From: Nitrosopumilus sp.
GTDB lineage: Archaea > Thermoproteota > Nitrososphaeria > Nitrososphaerales > Nitrosopumilaceae
Direction of reading: 5' to 3'
Assembly: GCA_029941825.1 (NCBI GenBank)
Contig: JAPYTM010000002.1
Span: forward strand, 1-34,330
Length of the DNA: 34,330 nucleotides
The position numbers were made by a program, and so were the translations under genes. Within the stretch, counting starts at the first letter, position 1. Each line of letters starts with the position of its first letter. Below are positions 8,248 through 17,217 of the stretch, in pieces. Below the pieces are notes generated by a model. It had not been told where the DNA came from. It saw only the letters and a list, made by a program, of their open reading frames with translations, and did not search any database.

Positions 8248-9084
8248 TTATTTTAAAATTCTTACATCTACTACTGTTTGATAATATCTAGGACCTACTG
8301 CTCTGACAATTTTTGAAAATAAAATTTCTGATTTTACTGGTGTAACTTGAAGATAATGTTCTTCTGAAAGTTTTCTTGCTTCTGATTTTTTGTCAGCATG
8401 AATGTGTGAATAATAATGAATTATACCTCCATCTTTAGTTGCATTAATTGCAGCATCTAAAAATTCATCTGATCTTTCAGGCAATAACATCAATGTTCTA
8501 TCTGATTTATCCATTAATTGTTCTTCAATAATTTTTGACGCATCACCATTAATTGAAATCACTTTTCCTACAAGCTTATTTATCTCAATATTTTTTTTGC
8601 ATAATTTTGATGCAATAGGGTTAATGTCAATACTATACACTGTACATTTTTTCTTTTTTGCAGCCATAATAGAAAACATTCCAATACCTGCAAACATGTT
8701 AGTCATTATTTCTCCATCTTGAATCAAATTTGCGATTCTTTCTCTTTCTGTAGATAACCTGGGTGAAAAAAAAGCATTTTCAACATCAACTAAAAATCTA
8801 CAACCAAATTCTTTGTATTCTGTTTCAGTACTGTTTTTACCTGCAAGGATTTTTAGGCTCCTTGTACGAAAATCTCCTTCTACTGCAGATGTCTGGTAAA
8901 AAACACTTTTTGCAATTTTTACCTCATTTAGTAAAGTTTCTCCAATAATTTTTTTTTTTGATAGAAGGGATTCTGGAATTCTTACAATAATTATGTCTCC
9001 AATTTGATCAAAAGCTGAGATCAATTCATCATTTTCACTTGTACTTAGAATACTTTCTAATGCTTTTTTTAGCATTCGAGTCAT
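8248..9084 (-). CDS. Trm5/Tyw2-family tRNA G37 SAM-dependent transferase (short, no D1 domain)
   Basis: FDQIGDIII, GDFRTR, YKEFG, FFSPRLSTERER, MFAGIGMFS, IDINP, MLLP; 4-bp overlap with ABCE1 gene. Confidence 0.88.
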   Translation of the reverse strand: MTRMLKKALESILSTSENDELISAFDQIGDIIIVRIPESLLSKKKIIGETLLNEVKIAKSVFYQTSAVEGDFRTRSLKILAGKNSTETEYKEFGCRFLVDVENAFFSPRLSTERERIANLIQDGEIMTNMFAGIGMFSIMAAKKKKCTVYSIDINPIASKLCKKNIEINKLVGKVISINGDASKIIEEQLMDKSDRTLMLLPERSDEFLDAAINATKDGGIIHYYSHIHADKKSEARKLSEEHYLQVTPVKSEILFSKIVRAVGPRYYQTVVDVRILK

Positions 9085-10868
9085 TTTTTATAATAGAAAT
9101 TTCCAGATACCTTTTGATCTTTATCCAATCTACTTTCTAATTTATTTACACGAGGTCTGAGACTTTTCTCATCTCTTCTAAATGTCATGTCAAGAGATTT
9201 TAGGAATCTATTCATAGCATCAGATTTGGACATTGGAGATGTAGCTGTACCTACTGATCCTGATTCCCCTTCAAATATTACCATGGAATCTGAAACTAGA
9301 TCCATTAATTGTAAATCATGATCAATAACTATTGCTGATTTTCCATATGAACGAACGAATTTTTGTAAAAATTTGGCAACTGCAATTCTATCCTCCACAT
9401 CCAAAAATGCTGAGGGTTCATCTAGTGCATATAGATCTACTTTTTGTAGTAAACATGATACTACTGCAACTTTTTGCAATTCACCTCCTGAAAGATTTTT
9501 GACCGATTTATTATAGAGTTTTTTAATTTTTAGTGGTTCAAGTATTTGTTCTTCTTCAAGACTTCCTTCAACTGGACTTCCATTTGATTTATCTAATAAT
9601 GATATTACTTCTACATCAATATCATTTTGAAGGTATTGTGGTTTGTATGCTATCTTTATTTTTTTATCAATTTTTCCAGAATCTGGTTTTATGACTCCTG
9701 CAATCATTTTCATCATTGTAGTTTTTCCAAGAGCATTTGCACCCATTATGCCTAAAACTTCCCCTTTTCTTACTCTTCCAGGCTCAATTGTTAGTGAAAA
9801 TGAATCAAATTTTTTCTCAAGTTTTGGATAAGTAACAACATCACTTCCTTCTTGAAAAATATCTGTAGATGAAGAAGATACATCAAAAGAAAATTTTTTG
9901 TCTCTAAATCTAACATTTTCTGTAGGTAAATATCCATCAAGAAAAACATTGATTCCAACTTTGGTAGATAGAACCCTTGAAACAATTCCATATGCTGCTG
10001 GTTCACCGTATAACACTTCGATGTAATCACTAAGAAAGTCTAGTAATGTTAGATCGTGTTCTACTACCATTACACTTTTTCCAATTTTTGCTAAATTTTG
10101 TATCACTCTAGCAACACCTATTCTTTGAAAAACATCATTGTATGATGATGGTTCATCAAAAAAATAAAACTCTGTATCTTTTGATGCTGCAACTGCAACT
10201 GCAATTCTTTGTAGTTCACCTCCACTTAATTCCTTTAAATCCTGCTCCATGGAATTTTCTAATCCTAATTCTTTGATTAGTTTTCTTGATACTCCTCTTT
10301 CATCATATTTGTCAATCAGTTCTTTTCCTGTTCCCTCAAATGCTTGTGCGATTTGATATACTTGTTGAGGTTTTATTGATGCACGAATTTGTTTGTGTTC
10401 AATTTTTTCAAAATGTTGTTTAAGTTCTGTTCCGCTATAATATTTTAAAATCTCATCCCACTCTGGTGGATTTTCATATCTTCCAAGATTTGGTTTAAGA
10501 TTTCCTGATAGTATGTTAACTACAGTACTTTTCCCCATTCCATTTCTTCCTAATAGTCCAACAACTTCTCCTTTCCTTGGAGTAGGAAGTCTGAATAAAC
10601 GAAATGAATTTGGACCATATTGATGAATTTTATCTGTTGCTAATTCACTTGCAAGATTGATGATTGTTATTGCATCAAATGGACATACTTTGACACATAT
10701 TCCACAGCCATTACAGATGTCTTCATCGATTTGAGCTTTTTTTGATTCTTCATTAAGAGTGATACATTCTGCCCCTGATTTGTTGACTGGACAGTATTTT
10801 ATACACTCTAAACCACATTTTTTTGGTTGGCATAGATCTTGATCTAACACGGCAACTCTATGTGTCAT
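9081..10868 (-). CDS. rli1: Ribosome recycling ATPase ABCE1/Rli1
   Basis: N-terminal Fe-S domain (CQPKKCGLECIKYCP, CNGCGICVKVCP), two ABC domains (GRNGMGKS, GANALGKT, LSGGELQ x2), RPRVNK. Confidence 0.97.
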   Translation of the reverse strand: MTHRVAVLDQDLCQPKKCGLECIKYCPVNKSGAECITLNEESKKAQIDEDICNGCGICVKVCPFDAITIINLASELATDKIHQYGPNSFRLFRLPTPRKGEVVGLLGRNGMGKSTVVNILSGNLKPNLGRYENPPEWDEILKYYSGTELKQHFEKIEHKQIRASIKPQQVYQIAQAFEGTGKELIDKYDERGVSRKLIKELGLENSMEQDLKELSGGELQRIAVAVAASKDTEFYFFDEPSSYNDVFQRIGVARVIQNLAKIGKSVMVVEHDLTLLDFLSDYIEVLYGEPAAYGIVSRVLSTKVGINVFLDGYLPTENVRFRDKKFSFDVSSSSTDIFQEGSDVVTYPKLEKKFDSFSLTIEPGRVRKGEVLGIMGANALGKTTMMKMIAGVIKPDSGKIDKKIKIAYKPQYLQNDIDVEVISLLDKSNGSPVEGSLEEEQILEPLKIKKLYNKSVKNLSGGELQKVAVVSCLLQKVDLYALDEPSAFLDVEDRIAVAKFLQKFVRSYGKSAIVIDHDLQLMDLVSDSMVIFEGESGSVGTATSPMSKSDAMNRFLKSLDMTFRRDEKSLRPRVNKLESRLDKDQKVSGNFYYKK

Positions 10869-10960
10869 GTCGTAATTTGATATTTTCTTTGTTTTATACC
10901 TATTTTGAACACGTTTGTATCGGCGTTACGTTAATAGATGAGAATTTAACATCATTATTC

Positions 10961-11077
10961 AAGCCGGCCATAGCGTTAGGGTGCGACCCAATCCCATTCC
11001 GAACTTGGAAGTCAAACCTGATGTCGCTGTTGTGCTACTAAGATGCGAGAGCTCTTGGGAAGCAACAGTGCTGGCAT
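10961..11077 (+). rRNA. rrf: 5S rRNA (stand-alone)
   Basis: Helix I GCCGGC/GCTGGC, CCATAGC start, conserved CCCATTCCGAAC..GAAGTCAAACC core, GCGAGAGC..GGGAA; about 117 nt GC-rich; ends approximate. Confidence 0.93.
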
Positions 11078-11124
11078 TCTTTAATTTACAATCTTTTAAT
11101 ATTGAATTAATTGATTTAATTTTA

Positions 11125-11253
11125 ATGGCAAATTGTACTGTATGTGGGGAATCATTTACTGATGATATTAGATTTCTAAATCACATGATGGAAAAACATG
11201 GTTTTAGAAATCCAAATGTTGGCACACCTGATAGAAACAGTAGAGGATACTAA
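11125..11253 (+). CDS. 42-aa C2H2 zinc-finger microprotein
   Basis: MANCTVCGESFTDDIRFLNHMMEKHG = C-x2-C-x3-F-x8-H-x4-H; in-frame ATG at 11125 (the track's 10981 start lies inside the 5S gene). Confidence 0.75.
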   Translation: MANCTVCGESFTDDIRFLNHMMEKHGFRNPNVGTPDRNSRGY

Positions 11254-11255
11254 CT

Positions 11256-12728
11256 CTATAGATTTTGTAAATAGTTTAATATCAATCTGACACCAAAACC
11301 TGTAGCACCTTTTGGATTGTATGATTTTTCTTTTGTAGCTGTTTGTGTCCATGCAACTCCTGCAATATCAATATGTATCCATGGTGTATTTTCAATAGCA
11401 TTTCTCAAAAATGCAGCAGCAGTTATTGTTCCTGCAGCTCTACCTATTCCAACATTTTTCATATCTGCAACATCAGATTTTATCATATCCATAAAGTCCT
11501 GAGTTAATGGAAGCTCCCAAACTTCTTCTGTGGTTTTTTTAGATGACTCGTTAATTTCCTTTGTTAGTTTTTCATTATTTGACACAATTCCTGCTACATT
11601 GTTACCTAATGCTATGATACATGCACCAGTGAGTGTTGCAAAATCAATTATTACTTTAGGTGAATAATGTTTTTCTCCATATGATAATGCATCAGCTAAA
11701 ATTAATCTCCCTTCAGCATCTGTGTTTAGAATTTCAGCAGTTTTTCCATTGTACAACTTTATGATATCTCCTGGTCTAAATGATTCACCACTAGGCATAT
11801 TTTCAACTGATGGAACAATTCCAACAACATTAATTTGAAGTTTTAATTCTGAAACTGCTTTCATTATTCCAATAACTGTACAACCGCCGCATTTGTCAAA
11901 CTTCATCTCATCCATTTTATCTCCTGGTTTTAATGAAATTCCACCTGTGTCAAATGTGACTGCTTTTCCAACTAGAACTATTGGTTTTTCATTTTTTGGT
12001 CCATGATTGTGTTCTAAAATAATTAGTTTTGATTCATTTTTACTTCCTTGTCCAACTGCTGAAATTCCACCAAAACCTTTCTTTTTTAATTCAGATTCAG
12101 ATATTATACTGCATTTCATCTTATTTTTTTTAGAAATTATTTTTGCAAAATTTGCTAATGTAGTTGGAGTACATTCGTTTGGAGGTAAGTTGGCAATACT
12201 TTTTGTAAATATCACCCCATTTGCAATAATTTCAGATGTTTTGATGACATGTGAAATTTTATTTGATTTTGAAACTATAATTGTTAGATTTGGTGAATTG
12301 TTTACTTTTTTGGTCTTAAATTTATCAAATTTGTAGAGAGCAATCTTGGAACCTTCTACAATTTGAGAAACTGATGAAACTTGATCAACAACAAAACTTG
12401 GTGGTGTAATAATTGAAAATTCTTTTAGTTTTAACTCTCTTGCTCTTTTTGCAATTTTACCTGACACCCGTCTGATAGTATCATTTGTTAAATTCTCTTT
12501 TTTACCTAATCCTGCAAGTAATATTCGTTGAGCAGGATTTTTTCCAGGTACTGGAATTATATTTATCTCCCCAAATTTACCCTCCATATCTTTTAGAGAT
12601 TGATTGACTGCTGCAGATATTTTAGTATCAAATTTATTTATTCCCAAAACTTTGTTGGTATTTTCTAATACAAACCCACAAAGAATGTCTGTCTTCTTTT
12701 TTGTAGAATTTTCAATTTTTATCTTCAT
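11256..12728 (-). CDS. pepA: Leucyl aminopeptidase (M17)
   Basis: LVGKAVTFDTGGISLK, MKFDK, NTDAEGRL, ATLTGA, WIHIDIAG. Confidence 0.95.
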   Translation of the reverse strand: MKIKIENSTKKKTDILCGFVLENTNKVLGINKFDTKISAAVNQSLKDMEGKFGEINIIPVPGKNPAQRILLAGLGKKENLTNDTIRRVSGKIAKRARELKLKEFSIITPPSFVVDQVSSVSQIVEGSKIALYKFDKFKTKKVNNSPNLTIIVSKSNKISHVIKTSEIIANGVIFTKSIANLPPNECTPTTLANFAKIISKKNKMKCSIISESELKKKGFGGISAVGQGSKNESKLIILEHNHGPKNEKPIVLVGKAVTFDTGGISLKPGDKMDEMKFDKCGGCTVIGIMKAVSELKLQINVVGIVPSVENMPSGESFRPGDIIKLYNGKTAEILNTDAEGRLILADALSYGEKHYSPKVIIDFATLTGACIIALGNNVAGIVSNNEKLTKEINESSKKTTEEVWELPLTQDFMDMIKSDVADMKNVGIGRAAGTITAAAFLRNAIENTPWIHIDIAGVAWTQTATKEKSYNPKGATGFGVRLILNYLQNL

Positions 12729-12763
12729 TACGAAAGTACATTTTCAAGTCTTATTTAGATTTA

Positions 12764-13156
12764 CTAGAAGTCTATTTTTTTACTATTCGTAAGTAAACTT
12801 GATGATCTTGCAAAAACTGCTTTAACAGTTTTACAGTTATGATTACATTTTTCATCAATTTTTATAGTTGACACTTTTTTTATTTTTTTTGTAAATATTG
12901 ATTTTATTAATGGAAACAACGCTGCCCTTCCACCATATGCTCTTGTTTTATCAATAAACCAAAACATATCCAAAGCAGATTCATCTAAAATTTCATTTCT
13001 TATCTTTATTCCAAAATCTGAATAATGCCCAGTCATTGTTATTTTCTTTCTTGTAATGAAATCAACAAATCTTGCAAATTTTATACATGAATAACATTGA
13101 TCATCAAAAACCACAATTGGGATTACTTCTTTTATTTCCATGATACTGTTTAACAT
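12764..13156 (-). CDS. DCC1-like (DUF393) thiol-disulfide oxidoreductase
   Basis: VVFDDQCYSC = DxxCxxC signature; alternative start at 13141. Confidence 0.75.
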   Translation of the reverse strand: MLNSIMEIKEVIPIVVFDDQCYSCIKFARFVDFITRKKITMTGHYSDFGIKIRNEILDESALDMFWFIDKTRAYGGRAALFPLIKSIFTKKIKKVSTIKIDEKCNHNCKTVKAVFARSSSLLTNSKKIDF

Positions 13157-13208
13157 CGATCAAATTAAAATTTTACAGAAGTAGATTTTTATTAAATTTA
13201 TAAAAATC

Positions 13209-14885
13209 ATGGATAAGATGGGACTTAATTATTATCAAATTAAGAAAAATATTCTTAGATCTCGTAAATTAGTGATTAAGGGAACTAATATTGCTGGTTC
13301 TGGTCATCCTGGAGGATCTTTTTCAATGGCCGAAATTTTAGGTTGCTTATTTAACAAATATCTCAAATTTGATCCTAGAAACCCTCAATGGGAAGAACGG
13401 GATCGTTTAGTTTTATCAAAAGGACATGCTGCCCCAGGTTTATTTTCAAACATGGCAGTTGCAGGCTATTTTCCAGAATCTGAAATTGAAACTCTACGAA
13501 AATTTGGTAGTAAATTACAAGGTCATCCTGATCTAAAATGTCCTGGTGTAGAATTTTGTGGAGGATCTTTAGGTACTGGATTGTCTTTTTCAGTTGGAAT
13601 TGCTCTTGCAGCAAAAATTGATTCTAAGGATTTTCATGTTTATACCATTATTGGAGATGGAGAGTCAGACGAGGGACAAATTTGGGAAGCTGCAATGACT
13701 GCTGCAAAATACAAAGTTGATAACCTAACAGTCTTCCTTGATAGAAATTTTATCCAACAAGATTCTTACACTGAAAAAATAATGCCATTAGATGAAAAGT
13801 TGGAAGGTGATGATCTTTCTGAAATGTGGAAAGATGCATCTCGCTGGAAAACTGGTGATAAATGGAGATCATTTGGTTGGAATGTAATTGAAATTGATGG
13901 TCATAGAATTGAACAAATTAATGCAGCTATTGCAAAAGCAAATGCAACAAAAGGAATACCTACAATGATAATATCTAGAACAATAAAGGGTAAATCTATA
14001 GAACATATGGAAGATAATCCTCAATGGCATGGAAAAGCTCCTGATTCTGATGTAGTTCCAATAATTAATCTTGAATTAGATTCACAATTTATGATTGCAC
14101 CATCTATCATTGCAGGTGATATGACAAATCTAGAGAATGAAATTAAACGATGTATTTCTGGTAGGGCTGATTATATTCATCTTGATGTAATGGATGGTAA
14201 GTTTGTTCCAACAAAAACTTTTGATCATACTAAAATCAAAGAATTAAGATCTTTAACTGTAATTCCATTTGATTCACACTTAATGATCAATGAACCTGAA
14301 AAACATGTTCAAGATTATATTGATGCTGGAAGTGATATAATTACGGTTCATGCTGAAGTAACTGATGAATCTATTTTTGGTGAAATTCATGATTTGCTAA
14401 AACAAAATCAAGTTGGTGTGGGTTTTGCAATAAACCCTGATACCGATTTACCTGAATGGTCTTACAAATTCCTGTCCTCACTTGATCAATTAATTGTTAT
14501 GTCTGTAGTACCTGGTAAGTCTGGTCAAAAATACATTGAAGAAACTCATTCAAAGATGAGTAAATTGAATTCTATTCTAAAAGAACACAATTTTTCAGGT
14601 TATATTGAGGCTGATGGGGGAGTAAATCTTGAAAATATAGGTTCTATATTTGCAGATGGCGCTCGTATTTTTGTTGGTGGTGGTGCTATTATTGGACAAC
14701 AAGATGTTAGAATGGCAATTAAGGACTTTAGAAATGAGGTTTTAAAATCTAGAAGACACACTTTACTTGATAAAGCCAATGAATTGGGTGGTTCTGATTT
14801 AGTAAACAAATGGATTGGTTTGCATGTTGTAGGAGAAAAACAAGAACAGATTAAAAAAATCGCACAGGAGGCTGAATACATTTGA
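13209..14885 (+). CDS. Fusion of transketolase N-terminal (TPP-binding) subunit and ribulose-phosphate 3-epimerase
   Basis: GSGHPGG, SKGH, LQGHP, GDGESDEGQIWEA, WHGKAP followed in frame by IAPSI, IHLDVMDGKFVP, FDSHLM, MSVVPG, EADGG. Confidence 0.93.
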   Translation: MDKMGLNYYQIKKNILRSRKLVIKGTNIAGSGHPGGSFSMAEILGCLFNKYLKFDPRNPQWEERDRLVLSKGHAAPGLFSNMAVAGYFPESEIETLRKFGSKLQGHPDLKCPGVEFCGGSLGTGLSFSVGIALAAKIDSKDFHVYTIIGDGESDEGQIWEAAMTAAKYKVDNLTVFLDRNFIQQDSYTEKIMPLDEKLEGDDLSEMWKDASRWKTGDKWRSFGWNVIEIDGHRIEQINAAIAKANATKGIPTMIISRTIKGKSIEHMEDNPQWHGKAPDSDVVPIINLELDSQFMIAPSIIAGDMTNLENEIKRCISGRADYIHLDVMDGKFVPTKTFDHTKIKELRSLTVIPFDSHLMINEPEKHVQDYIDAGSDIITVHAEVTDESIFGEIHDLLKQNQVGVGFAINPDTDLPEWSYKFLSSLDQLIVMSVVPGKSGQKYIEETHSKMSKLNSILKEHNFSGYIEADGGVNLENIGSIFADGARIFVGGGAIIGQQDVRMAIKDFRNEVLKSRRHTLLDKANELGGSDLVNKWIGLHVVGEKQEQIKKIAQEAEYI

Positions 14886-15856
14886 ATGATCCTATAATGA
14901 CTGATATGCGTTCAGAATATTCAAAATCTTTGATTCAAGTTGGACGAGATAATCCTAATGTTGTAGTTTTAGGTGCAGACACAACTGATTCATTAAAGAC
15001 GTCTAATTTTGGAAAAGAATTCCCAAATAGATTTTTCAATGTTGGAATTGCTGAAGGAAACCTTGTAACTATTTCTGCCGGATTGGCAGTATCTGGAAAA
15101 ATCCCATTTGCTAGTACTTATGCAATATTTTTACCTGGGAGAGCAGTTGATCAAATTCGAAATAATATTGCATATCCTTCTCCTTTAGGAAAAAAAGGTC
15201 TTAATGTAAAATTAGTTGTATCTCATGGTGGATTGTCTGTTGGACCTGATGGTGGTTCACATCAACAACTTGAAGATATTGCAATAATGAGAGTAATTCC
15301 CAATTTTCGAGTTTTTATTCCATCTGACACTGTTACTGTTTCTAAATTAACTCATTTAATGGCAAATGAGTATGGTCCATTTTACATGAGAATGACAAGA
15401 TCAAAAACACCTTTAATTCATTCAGAATCTCAGGATTTTCAAATTGGAAAAGCAATTACTCTAAGAGATGGTTCTGATTGTACAATTGTTGCATGTGGAA
15501 TTACTGTAAGGATGGCTTTGGAGGCTGCAGAGTCATTACAACAAGAAGGTATTTCTTGTAGAGTTTTAGATATGTTTTCTATAAAACCAATTGACAATGA
15601 AATTTTAGAAAAAGCAGCACGAGATACAGGATGCATTGTTACTACTGAAGAACATAATATTTTTGGTGGAATGGGTTCAGCTGTTACTGAATCTGTTTCA
15701 GAATTATACCCTGTACCTGTAAAACGAATTGGATCTCAAGATATGTTTGGAGAATCAGCTAGAGATAACGAAATTCCTTTACTATTTGAAAAACATGGAA
15801 TAACATCTTTTAATATAGCAAAACAAGTCAAAGAAATTAGGAGTAAAAAATTATGA
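14882..15856 (+). CDS. Transketolase C-terminal subunit
   Basis: FFNVGIAE, DQIRN, GPDGGSHQ, TEEHNIFGGMGS; TTG start overlapping upstream stop. Confidence 0.95.
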   Translation: MNDPIMTDMRSEYSKSLIQVGRDNPNVVVLGADTTDSLKTSNFGKEFPNRFFNVGIAEGNLVTISAGLAVSGKIPFASTYAIFLPGRAVDQIRNNIAYPSPLGKKGLNVKLVVSHGGLSVGPDGGSHQQLEDIAIMRVIPNFRVFIPSDTVTVSKLTHLMANEYGPFYMRMTRSKTPLIHSESQDFQIGKAITLRDGSDCTIVACGITVRMALEAAESLQQEGISCRVLDMFSIKPIDNEILEKAARDTGCIVTTEEHNIFGGMGSAVTESVSELYPVPVKRIGSQDMFGESARDNEIPLLFEKHGITSFNIAKQVKEIRSKKL

Positions 15857-16518
15857 AGATTTTTCTTGACACTGCTAATCTTGAGTCTATTAAAAAATTT
15901 AATGATATGGGGTTACTAGATGGAATTACTACTAATCCTTCTTTATTATCAAAAGAAGGGGGTAACCCAAAAAATGCAATGGAAGAAATTACAAAAATTA
16001 TCAAGGGCGATGTTAGTCTTGAAGTTGTTAGTACTGAATATTCTGGAATGATCAAAGAAGGTAAACGTCTTCGTGAATATGGTGATAATGTTGTCGTAAA
16101 AGTTCCTATGACTGCTGATGGTTTGAAAGCATGCAAATCACTTTCATCTGAAGGAATACCTGTTAATGTCACATTGATATTTTCCCCAAATCAAGCTTTA
16201 CTTGCTGCAAAATCTGGTGCAAAATATGTTAGCCCATTTATTGGAAGACTGGATGATATTGGCCAAAATGGAATGCATTTGATTAAAGAAATTAAAGAAA
16301 TATTTTCTAATTATAATTTTGGAACTGAAATACTTGTTGCCAGTATTCGTCATCCAATACATGTAGTTGACGCTGCAAAAATTGGGGCAGATGTAGTAAC
16401 TTTACCTCCTATAGTATTAGATAAGATGTTGCAACATCCATTGACAAAAATTGGGTTAGATAATTTTCTTGCTGATTGGGAAAAATTAAAACAAAAAAAT
16501 CCTGATGCTACGATTTAA
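15853..16518 (+). CDS. tal: Transaldolase (small TalC/Fsa family, transaldolase-type residues)
   Basis: FLDTAN, GITTNPS, SLEV (Glu), VVKVP (Schiff-base Lys), NVTL, SPFIGR (Phe), ASIR. Confidence 0.92.
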   Translation: MKIFLDTANLESIKKFNDMGLLDGITTNPSLLSKEGGNPKNAMEEITKIIKGDVSLEVVSTEYSGMIKEGKRLREYGDNVVVKVPMTADGLKACKSLSSEGIPVNVTLIFSPNQALLAAKSGAKYVSPFIGRLDDIGQNGMHLIKEIKEIFSNYNFGTEILVASIRHPIHVVDAAKIGADVVTLPPIVLDKMLQHPLTKIGLDNFLADWEKLKQKNPDATI

Positions 16519-16556
16519 TATATTAAATAAAATAAAATAAAATTTTAAAAAGGAAT

Positions 16557-16817
16557 TTACTTTCTACCTTTTCTTGTACCTGTTCCTCTACTCGTGATTC
16601 TTGTTGTGCCTTTAGTTGAGGGTCTTTCTTTTGGTTCAGGTGTGTCTGAAAGTTTTCTTCTACCTGTTCCTCTACCTGTAGAGACCATTCGGCTACCTGC
16701 AGCTTTCTTTCTTTCTGCTTGAATTTTCTTAAATTCATCGCCTGAAAATTTAAGATCATCAAGATCAACTTCAATGGTACCTGTTCCTCTACCTGTTCTA
16801 ACTTTTACTTTAACCAT
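16557..16817 (-). CDS. Small basic protein with three RGTG repeats, function unknown
   Basis: 86 aa, K/R/G/T-rich; RTGRGTGT, STGRGTGR, TSRGTGT; ATG start with ATAAATA about 28 nt upstream. Confidence 0.75.
   Translation of the reverse strand: MVKVKVRTGRGTGTIEVDLDDLKFSGDEFKKIQAERKKAAGSRMVSTGRGTGRRKLSDTPEPKERPSTKGTTRITSRGTGTRKGRK
16577..16796. repeat. Three dispersed 15-19 bp direct repeats encoding RGTG motifs
   Basis: TACCTGTTCCTCTAC at 16577, 16661 and 16778; the last two extend to 19 bp identity. Confidence 0.85.
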
Positions 16818-17217
16818 ATTTTTGATAAAATTATCTAGTATTTATCTAATCTGATATTTTTTATTAAGCCGAATTTAACACTAGATATTAAAATTATTGA
16901 AATTTTATATATTTTGGACTTAAATTCTAGAAGAAAATTTGTATCATCATTGTAATTTTTATTGATTTAATGAACAATAACCCTTTCTTGTGATTGACAT
17001 GATCTGATATTTGTTTTATTTGCTCAAAAAAATGGAATTACATCTTATCTAATCTCTCTCTTAGATCTTGTTTTCAGATTGATGTTTAGTTCAGAATTAT
17101 GATTTAATAACATTCATGAAAATGTTAGAAAACCCTCTAAATTAATTATATTTTGAGATAATCTTGAATTATCTTTAACATCGTTTGAAACTAATATTCA
17201 TGAATTTTAGACTAGTT

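Noticed and set aside
10823-11124. ORFs 10823..11041 and the 5' part of 10981..11253
   Set aside because: They overlap the 5S rRNA; only the part from ATG 11125 looks protein-like
16523-16774. 83-aa alternative-frame ORF
   Set aside because: Same-strand shadow of 16557..16817, which has an ATG start, a promoter-like element and host-like codons
16577-16796. Spaced direct repeats as a mini-CRISPR or iteron array
   Set aside because: Only 15-19 bp, unequal long spacing (84 and 117 bp), all in one frame of a plausible ORF
16818-17217. Replication origin in the AT-rich gap
   Set aside because: No ORB-like repeats with G-strings seen and no adjacent cdc6/orc1
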